A stretch of 64,000 nucleotides of DNA from Leucoraja erinacea (taxonomy: Eukaryota): assembly GCF_028641065.1 (NCBI RefSeq), contig NC_073395.1:34038001-34102000 (forward strand). The letters are read 5' to 3'. The notes beneath the pieces were generated by a model. The model had not been told where the DNA came from. It worked only from the letters and a program-made list of their open reading frames with translations, and searched no databases. Made by a program: the position numbers and the translations under genes. Numbering within the stretch: the first letter of the stretch is position 1; the number at the start of each line of letters is the position of its first letter. Below are positions 1-8,222 of the stretch, piece by piece.

Positions 1-144
1 TATTTGAAAACAGATGGCAAGAATGATCTATAAATAAATTGATCAACCCAGGTAGTTTAGGGCAACACCATAAAAATACATACCCATCTTTCAGAAATGA
101 TTACTAAAATGAGGTACACATTAGTTATGCATAGCTATTCAAAG
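1..144. repeat. Direct repeat, copy A of the sequence at 63857-64000 (putative segmental duplication unit)
   Basis: Ungapped alignment of 1-144 with 63857-64000 shows 6 mismatches in 144 bp. Both copies run to the window edges. Confidence 0.95.
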
Positions 145-399
145 TGTTCTTTGTGGGTTTCAGATTGACCTGGTAAACAATTAATTGCAATAACAAGTTA
201 AATTAAATATCAAGTTTTCTTTTAAAAGGTATAATAGTTTGAAAAAGTTAAATAGATTTACTGAAATGAAATCTAATACAGTAAGTAATCCCTCGTAGTC
301 ACGGGCCATGATGCCCAATATTGCTGATTGTCCTGTTATAAAGGAGTGAGATATTATCATTGTATGCAGTGAAAATTGCAGACAGGTTAATACACAAAC

Positions 400-510
400 G
401 GACACAAAGTGCTGGAGTAACTCAGTGGGTCAGGCAGCATCTCTGGAGAACATGAGTTGGACCCTTCACACCGAGTCAGTTTTCTGAGTTACTCCAGCAC
501 CCCGTGTCGT
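400..510. mobile_element. Degenerate short palindromic Penelope-derived repeat
   Basis: gtgctggagtaactcag...ctgagttactccagcac arms; same family as the copies at 2810 and 3790. Confidence 0.7.
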
Positions 511-939
511 TTCACCTTAAAACTTGGTGCTGGTCTGCACCAGTGAGCGTTTCTTCACTGGTTCATGCGGCTTATGTTTCAGCCCCTGGAGACAATTTGT
601 TGCAATTCTGTTGCAATAATTAGCAGTCCCACTTTCAAATAATGTATACTGTAGCTTAGTGTTAGGAGAAGCAATACTGCTGCATGCAAGAATTGGTTGG
701 ACAGCAGTTCTTCCTGCTATCCATTAAACTGCTTTGCAACATGCCTTGTGCTACAAACATTACAATAATTCCTCTCACCCTTAAAATAAATGGAAGCTAA
801 TGACTACGTCAGAACATTTATATCAACTAATATATTCTCACAATAATTGAATACATTGGGCGCTGCACGATGGCAGCCTCGCCAACGGTGTCTGCTTTTT
901 TTGTTCTTTTTAATGTGTTTTAAAAATGTGTTAATGTCT

Positions 940-1382
940 CCACTCCTTCTCCCCCCACCTCCTTTAAAAGATTTACCGTACACTGGGCCAGCCATCTTTA
1001 ACCTTCCTGAACATCGCGGCTATCACCTTGGCTTTGCACCGTCTGAATTTCAGACAGAGCTCCCCCGCTTTCCCTGGCCCTCGCCTTTTAGTGTGTGTGT
1101 GTGTGTGTGTGTGTGCGCGTGTGTGTGTCTCTCGCTCTTTCTGTGTCTCTCTCTGTCTCCGTCTGTGTGTCTCTCTCTGTCTGTGTCTCTCTCTCTGTCT
1201 GTGTCTCTCTCTCTCTGTCTCTCCCTCTGTCTCTCTGTGTGCCTCTCTGTGTCTCTCCGTCCCTCGCCTTTTAGGTAGGTGGTGGGGTGTCTGTACGTGC
1301 GCGTATCTGACGGTCCATCCATCTCGTGGTTTGTCAGGTCGCAGACAGTTTGCTGAAAAGTCGCGTAAGTGGGACAGGCCCT
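940..1382 (+). mobile_element. Non-autonomous Harbinger/PIF-like DNA element, right part
   Basis: Ends in AAGTGGGACAGGCCCT followed by TAA. Its internal sequence matches the opposite-orientation copy starting at 17898. Confidence 0.6.
1091..1262. repeat. (GT)n/(CT)n compound microsatellite
   Basis: Directly visible dinucleotide runs. Confidence 0.95.
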
Positions 1383-1942
1383 TAAAACTGCACTTGTCTC
1401 AACGTAATTTGAACATTGTAGATATACCCAGCATCCTGAGCTCTTGGGGAAAAACACCCCAGCCCATGCAATATTTCCTTACAACTTAATCCCTCCAGTT
1501 CTAGTAACCCTCCAGTGTGAAACTTTTCCCAACCCTTTCCAGCTTAATGACATCCTTTTAGCTCAGTGACTGGAATTGCACATACTTTTCAATGTGCTAA
1601 TTCAAGCATCTGACCGTGCTGTTGTGTGACTGTTTGAAAACCATTAAAATAGCCTCCATTAAGAATTAAGAGTAAATAGCCCCCATTAAGAGTCCCTATT
1701 CTTTTACGGATATTTACAGAAATTGAATAGCTACTTAGTCAACAATTGGATAGGAGCACATTCTGTTAACTTGAGAAAGCTTCCAAATCAAGCACTAAGT
1801 GGCTACAGAAAGAAAATGTTCATAAAAATATGTTTTTGGTACTGAACCACACTTCTAATGAAAAAAAGTCATTATCAACAGTCCTTATAAAGTTAAAAAG
1901 TCTTTATGTAACCCCAATAAAATGATTTAGTCGAGTACTTAC

Positions 1943-2048
1943 AAACCCGAACAGAAGATACAAATTAAGAGGATGCTGATGTCTGTAGATTGCCAGAGCA
2001 ATTATGAGACCCAGAGATCCTAAAGCCGTTACCAACACCAAGGCAGGA
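1943..2048 (-). pseudogene. TMBIM4: TMBIM4 (GAAP/LFG4) exon 3; intact 106-bp exon of a disrupted copy
   Basis: Reads (S)[35 protein letters not shown], like vertebrate TMBIM4 ([34 protein letters not shown]). AG acceptor and GTAAGT donor are present. Confidence 0.9.
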
Positions 2049-2138
2049 CTAGAATCGAGACAAGACAATAGATTAGCAAGTAATACAAAATATACTTTCA
2101 AATTAAATTTGATATTATTTTAGTGAATGATTAAAAAA

Positions 2139-2173
2139 CTGCCGCGTGAGAACATGCGAACTTTCTCTGATAG
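2139..2173 (-). pseudogene. TMBIM4: Probable 3' remnant of TMBIM4 exon 2
   Basis: Reads LSEKVRMFSRG+AG, colinear with human FESVRTFVHE-S, and ends in the phase 2 needed for exon 3. The GT donor is missing at that position. Confidence 0.5.
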
Positions 2174-2809
2174 TTGATTAGGATTAAGCGAGTTCAGTAT
2201 TCCGACTGGTCATAGGTCACTCGAGATAAATATTCTCGGCATATGAGATGCTGCATGTACACAGACCTGTGTTTCATCCGTAGTCAGGGTCTCTGGCGCT
2301 GCAAGTGCTGTTGAATTGCTATTGGAGTTAGCGACACGAGTTCTCCCTTCTCCACTGGTCCATCAGAAATCTCAGCAGTGACAATCTAATGAACCACGGT
2401 CCGGTCCCCTTCAGCCTAGGTGTCTGGGTTCCATTCTCACTCAGGCTGTCCTCCCGGGTCATACAGGGTTATTTTACAGGGGTGAACCACACACCCCTCT
2501 GCTGCATAACCACAGGAGGCAGATTTGTGAGTCTCACTACTGTCCCCGTCCCCTCCCGAGTGTCCCATCCCTATCAGGGGCGGTCGGAGATGTCTGGGGT
2601 GACCCTGGACTGACGGGACACCGGCCCAGAGCAGTGGCGGCCCCAGCGCGGAGAAGAAGCGCTAACTCCGGCTCAACTCTGCCCCAACTCCCGAGGAACC
2701 CGTTCCCCGATCGGCCGGGGACTGTCAGCTGCATCTCTCGCTTTATCCAGTGACTGTCAGTTAACCCCCTCGGTGCCGGCGAAAGCCGAGCACCAGTCAT
2801 CAACGGGGA

Positions 2810-2960
2810 TACACGCAAAATGCTGCAGTAACTCAGCGGGTCAGGCAACATCTCTGGAGAAGGGTCTCGACACGAAGCGTCACCTATTCCTTTTCTCCAA
2901 CTATGCTGCCTGTCCCGCTGAGTTACTGCAGCACGTTGTGTCTACCTCTGGTGTAAACCA
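2810..2960. mobile_element. Palindromic Penelope-derived repeat with a degenerate hammerhead core in the loop
   Basis: Arms tgctgcagtaactcagcggg(t)caggca and tgcctg(t)cccgctgagttactgcagca flank ctggagaagggtctcgacacgaagcgtc. Confidence 0.75.
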
Positions 2961-3532
2961 TCCTACACAGCAACGCCTGTCTGTGGGTAAAGGCGAGGCG
3001 GCGGGGAGAGAGAAACTCGCCACCCCGTTTCCGCAAGAACTCCCCGGCGCTGGGACAATTCCCCCTTCTCCCCCCCATCCCACACCCCGGACTGGAGAGG
3101 GGGACTGGGGGACATTGCCCGCCTCTGCAACAAAATGTGCAAACCCCGGCACTCCCCGCGGAAGGTGATACTAAACACATCTGCGAGCAAAACACAAACA
3201 CGCACGTCTATCCTCCCCGCCCCACATCCGGTCCAGTCTCCCCACTGTCTCCCACTCGCATCTGCCCCCTCTATCTCTCACTGTTGCACCCCGCTTTCCT
3301 GGCACCCCCGTTTGCTTCCCCCCCCCCCCCCCCCCCCCCCCCAAATGACCTTCGACAAATGCCATGATTCCTTGCATTTTCGGAATACTGAACTCGCTTA
3401 CTCAATTAACTTTATTTACTGCAGTGTGAATGGTAACATCAAATCTCACATTAAGTGAAAATAAAAAAGGCAAGGAGAGGTAAATCAGAAATTGTAAAAG
3501 GAGAACTGAGTGGTGCATATTAGCAATAACAG

Positions 3533-3567
3533 AACAGATTAGATGCTGTAAACCTTGCGCAGAAATC
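3533..3567 (-). pseudogene. TMBIM4: TMBIM4 exon 2, 5' part, with a premature stop
   Basis: ttttcttctgatag|GA TTT CTG CGC AAG GTT TAC AGC ATC TAA = (G)FLRKVYSI*, matching the conserved FLRKVYSIL. Confidence 0.85.
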
Positions 3568-3789
3568 CTATCAGAAGAAAAGAACGTATAAATTCCTTGT
3601 AACGTGTAAATTACTTTGTATAACAAAAAACATACAATCTGAGTGGTGCATACTAGCAATGACAGAACTATCGGGTGGTTTCACTTTCTGTTTATAATTG
3701 GCGAGTTAAACTTTTCCATATCATTCCCATTTTCTCCAGATGACAGATTAATTTATCACCACGTCGGCCAGAATGCTTAGAGAAAGATA

Positions 3790-3880
3790 GACACAAAAAG
3801 CTGGAGGAACTCTGCGGGTCAGACAGCATCTCTGGAGAAAAGGAATAGGTGACGTTTCGGGTCGAGACCCTTCTTCAGAC
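3790..3880 (-). ncRNA. Minimal hammerhead-ribozyme-like motif in a Penelope-derived short repeat
   Basis: Minus strand 3851-3878 reads CUGAAGA-A-GGGU(CUCG)ACCC-GAAA-CG-UC, with conserved core, stem II and palindromic ACGU helix III. Helix I is weak. Confidence 0.6.
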
Positions 3881-4045
3881 TTGAGAATCTGATATTTAGA
3901 GAAATGTCCCCGGGTTGACGGCTGGGGCCGGGATGAGCCCCGGCCCTTGTCCCCGGGCTCCAGCTCCACCGCCGCCTCGGCCCTTCCCTTTACAATGAAC
4001 CGAGACGACGCCATCGGGCCCCGGCGCCCCCGCCTCTGCTCTTAC

Positions 4046-4116
4046 CCAAGCGGATGTCCACGCTGGTGCCGTAGTTGAAGTCATATTCGATGGAGGAAGC
4101 AACGGTACGGTTCCAT
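4046..4116 (-). pseudogene. TMBIM4: TMBIM4 exon 1, frameshifted and internally deleted
   Basis: The ATG at 4116 is 19 nt before SSIEYDFNYGTSVDIRL(G), so it is out of frame and gives MEPYRCFLHRI*. The ASAxV segment of NYGSSVASATVHIR is missing. GTAAGA donor present. Confidence 0.88.
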
Positions 4117-4124
4117 GTCCGGCT

Positions 4125-4145
4125 CCTTCCTCCACTTCCGCGTAA
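4125..4145 (-). promoter_or_regulatory. ETS/GABP-like motif (CGGAAGTG) in the CpG-rich 5' region of TMBIM4
   Basis: ccacttccg at 4132-4140, just upstream of the ATG in GC-rich sequence. Confidence 0.4.
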
Positions 4146-4709
4146 CCCCCCTGACCAGCCTAAACCAGCAACCCCCGTCAATGTCCTCCACAGATGTTGT
4201 CTGTCCGTCCTCCACAGATGCTGCCTGATCCACATCTGAGTTGCGCCAGCACACTTTGTCTTTTACATGTAAACCAGAATCTGCAGTTCCTTGTGCCAAC
4301 AAGCAGGCAAGTCCTCTCTGCTAGTGTAGCAGAACAAAGCCGACCGCATAAGAAGATCTGGTTTAGTACAAGGGCTGTTCATAAAAGCAAGAAAATAGGT
4401 TAAAAGGACAAAGAAAGGGGATTTTTTAAAACTTCTGTTTTATTTTTTCCGTAGTTGTTGAATGCCAAGGTTGGACCCAGTCGGCTGAACCCAACTGAAG
4501 AATGTTCAATGGCCACATGCACCAAGATAATGAAAATCTTACTTGCTGCAGTTTTACAGGCACATTAAATCAAACGAAACAACAAATAAAGATACAACAA
4601 GATAATACATTTTCTAGATAAACCAGATCATGAGTGTGCAAGGTAAAGTGTAGCCTTACCTGTACAGCAATCTTAGAGAGTTGCTATCAGATTGGGGCAT
4701 AGAGGAGGG

Positions 4710-5330
4710 TTCATAAAACATACAACACAGAAACTGACCCTTTCAGCCCATCTTAATCCATATCAAACATGATGCCCATTTATGCAAATTGAATTTACCT
4801 GCATTAATGCCTTTCCTATGCCAAATGCCTTTAAAATATTGTGACTGTATCTGCCACTTCCTTTGGCAGCTCATTCCAGATAACCAACACTCTGCATGAA
4901 AATAACCCGCAAATTTCCTTAATATTTCTCTCCTCTCACCTTAACCCTATTGCCTCTTGTTTTAGACTGCCCTGCCTCGGGGGAAACTATCTATCTATGC
5001 TTATCATAACTTTATAAACCCAGAGAGTTTTTCACACAGAGAATTGTGAGTGTGGAATTCTCTGCCTCTGGATACTTGCAAGTGTCCTAAATCTGGTGCA
5101 CACAGAACCTTTTTATCAGGATGGAAATGTCACAGAGATTATAGCTTTAAGGTGAGAGGAGCAAAGTTTAAAGGAAATGTGCAGGGCAAGTTTTTTTTAC
5201 AGAGAGTGGTGAGTACCTGGAATATACTGCTAAATGTTGGTGGTGAAAGCAGATACATAATGATATGTACGGGGCTTTTAGATAGGTACAGATATTAAGG
5301 GATATGAATCACGTGCAGACAGAGTAGATT
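4710..5330. mobile_element. Degraded CR1 3' fragments in both orientations
   Basis: RVV..WN.LP-type CR1 C-terminal remnants and 3' UTR motifs. Confidence 0.6.
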
Positions 5331-5570
5331 TGCCGAACACCTCCGCTCAGTTCGCCTGATGTCCCGGTAGCCAAACACTTTCCCCATTCCCACAATGATT
5401 TTCTGTCCTGGGCCTCCTCCATTATCGGAGTGAGGCCCCGCGCAAATTGGAGGAGCCGCACCTCATATTTCGCTTGGTCAACTGACACCCCTCTAACACT
5501 TCATTATCTCTGTAACTCCGTCTTCCCTGACGCGCAGTCTGAAGAAGGATTTCGACCAAAAATATTACCC
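5330..5570 (+). mobile_element. Penelope-like element 3' fragment
   Basis: Matches the 3' part of the element at 7255-8222 (gccgaacacctccgctcag...ggcctcctccat) and ends in a degenerate ctgaagaagg core. Confidence 0.75.
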
Positions 5571-5983
5571 ATTCTTATGTACAGTGTGAACGCACACATA
5601 AAAAAATAGCAGTGCAATAATAACAATAATAATCTACAGTATGGAGTTCAGAGCTTATTTGATGTTCGCATCATTCCCAAGAAAGACTTGTTTTCAGGCT
5701 GCCGCGCTAGTCTGTACAACCAGTGAAATGCCAACAATTGTGATTTACAAAATAAAACGCTATTTCCTGTGTCCGTGATGCGAATGAGGCGGAACGGGAG
5801 GTGGAGCAACAGTATTAAGCTGTAAGATCTTTGATTAAGCATTGGAAGAGAGTGGAAGGGAGGAAGCTGAAGCTGCAGAGGAGTGAGTGGCTCTATGCTC
5901 TGGCTACGTCAGAGTCAGTTCAGGATCCTACGTTAGCTGGCACCCAACGATACTTGGGTTGAGTTCATTGGCAGCGGCGAGTC

Positions 5984-6182
5984 ATGGCTGCTCAAGCTCG
6001 CTCATGTATCACAGTTGAGGGTTACATCGAACCACGAAAAGACAAAGAGTCGGAGGAAGATTCGGACAGCGAGGAGAACCAGGAACCCGAGGAAGATTTG
6101 CAGTTCCTCGACCTCAACGACATGATAAATGTTTCCCTCGGTGCCAACTCTGTCAACGCCTCTTCTGTGGTCGGGCGGTTCG
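5984..6182 (+). CDS. HELB: DNA helicase B, exon 1
   Basis: ATG with an acidic N-terminus (EEDSDSEENQEPEEDLQFLD) like HELB, and a phase-1 GT donor that fits exon 2. Confidence 0.8.
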
Positions 6183-7057
6183 GTAAAATATTGATACTTA
6201 ACTTACATTTAGTTTACTGCTGAAGTGCATTTTTCAAGAGCAGGAGCTTTTTAATTTGCAATTGTTAGTATTTCCACTGATAATAGTAGTTGTTGGATCG
6301 GCCCGGCAATTGGAGGCTTTGCCCAACGGCTCCGCGTTTAGTCATGTTTGTGTGGAGTTTGGATGTTCTCAAGAGTCCAGGGTGAAGAGTGTCTAATTGT
6401 CCTGCAATGGAGCAATGAAATTCTTACTTGCAGCAGGACACTAAAACATTAAATATAGTACTCTGTAAAAACCATCATGAACAACAAGAGTTCAGTGTAT
6501 ATAGTGCCAACGCACTATTATATATTTATATATATATATAATAGTGCTTTGGCGGATGAGACAATAGTCGATTTTCCAAACGAGTTTTATTAACAAAACG
6601 ATGAAATCAACGAAGTGACTCAACACAGCCAACACACACATTTAGCACAACGGTGATCCAGAACGACTGAAGGGGCATCGCCCAGAAAGCGCGCGAAAAA
6701 CAAACCTTCCCCAGATCTGGTCACATGTCTGAGGCACCCGTTCGATTACCTTCAGGCACCAGCAGGTGCCGCTGCAGTGCAAAGATAAAAACTGCCCACT
6801 AGTCTGTGTAGTTCTGAGCAAAGATCTTATAGCAGAGCAAGATGCGCCACTCTGCGAAAAAAGCGTAGTATGACATGACGCCATTTTATTGAGCTGCAAT
6901 TTACAATAATATTAATAAAATTTACAATAATATTAACTAAATATATGAAGTGATTGATTATATATAACACACTTTTCCCTACAATACTGATTACACCAAA
7001 GATGATAGAGTGGATCAATCTTTGGAACGGATTACACCAAAGATACTAGAGGAGCAT

Positions 7058-7233
7058 TGCCCGCTGCCTCGGGAGTTCATGCCATCAGGACGCAAGCAAC
7101 CCAGGCGGAATATGAGGTGCTGTTCCTCCAATTTCCGGTGTTGCTCACTCTGGCAATGGAGGAGACCCAGGACAGAGAGGTCGGATTGGGAACGGGAGGG
7201 GGAGTTGAAGTGCTGAGCCACCGGGAGTTCAGG
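7058..7233 (-). mobile_element. Inverted partial copy (pLTR) of the adjacent Penelope-like element
   Basis: Reverse complement of ~7960-8110 (AQHFNSPS.SQSDLSVLGLLHCQSEQHRKLEEQHLIF). Confidence 0.9.
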
Positions 7234-7254
7234 TGACTGACTGACTGACTGACA

Positions 7255-8222
7255 GGTGACAAACCAACTGACTCACATGGCTATCTGGACTACACATCTT
7301 CCAACCCTGCCCCTTGTAAAGACTCCATCCCCTACTCCCAATTCCTCCGCCTACGCCACATCTGCTCTGAGGATGAGACGTTGCACACCAGGACATCTGA
7401 AATGTCCTCGTTCTTCAGGGAACGGGGATTCCCCTCCGCCACCATAGATGAGGCTCGCACCAGGGTCTCATCCATACCCCGCAACACTGCTCTCTCTCCC
7501 CATCCCCGCACTCGCAACAAGGGCAGAGTCCCCTTAGTCCTCACCTTTTACCCCACCAGCCGGCAAATACAACAAATAATCCTCCGCCATTTCCGCCACC
7601 TCCAACGTGACCCCACCACTCGCCACATCTTCCCATCTCCCCCTATGCCTGCCTTCCGCAAAGACCGCTCCCTCCGCAACTCCCTTGTCAATTCTTCCCT
7701 TCCCTCCCGTACCACCCCCTCCCCGGGCACTTTCCGTTGCAACCGCAAGAAATGCAACACCTGTCCCTTCACCTCCCCCCTCGACTCCATTCAAGGACCC
7801 AAGCAGTCGTTCCAGGTGCGACAAAGGTTCACCTGTATCTCCTCCAACCTCATCTACTGCATCCGCTGCTCTAGATGTCAGCTGATTTACATCGGTGAGA
7901 CTAAGCGGAGGTTGGGCGATCGTTTCGCCGAACACCTCCGCTCAGTCCGCAATAACCTACCTGAACTCCCGGTGGCTCAGCACTTCAACTCCCCCTCCCA
8001 TTCCCAATCCGACCTCTCTGTCCTGGGTCTCCTCCATTGCCAGAGTGAGCAACACCGGAAATTGGAGGAACAGCACCTCATATTCTGCCTGGGTTGCTTG
8101 CGTCCTGATGGCACGAACGTTGAATTCTCCCAGTTTTGCTAGCCCTTGCTCTCCTCGGGCTCCTCCTCCTCCCTTTTTCCTTCCTTCTCCCCCCCACCCC
8201 CCATCAGTCTGAAGAAGGGTTT
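7255..8222 (+). mobile_element. Penelope-like retroelement, 5'-truncated, with GIY-YIG endonuclease (ORF 7381-8142)
   Basis: Contains CxxxxCxxC, NLIYCIRC..C..IYIGETKRRL..RF.EH and VAQHFN. The 3' end carries ctgaagaaggg. Confidence 0.92.

Noticed and set aside
847-1489. ORFs of 135-153 aa
   Set aside because: They are translations of a GT/CT microsatellite inside a DNA element.
1595-1800. Possible TMBIM4 exon 4 (LEA-like or LTV-like words)
   Set aside because: One match is on the wrong strand; the other lacks splice sites and sustained similarity.
2537-3458. Overlapping GC-rich ORFs; possible IRAK3 exon 1
   Set aside because: No recognisable death-domain or other protein motif in the frames I read; ORFs are expected by chance in GC-rich DNA.
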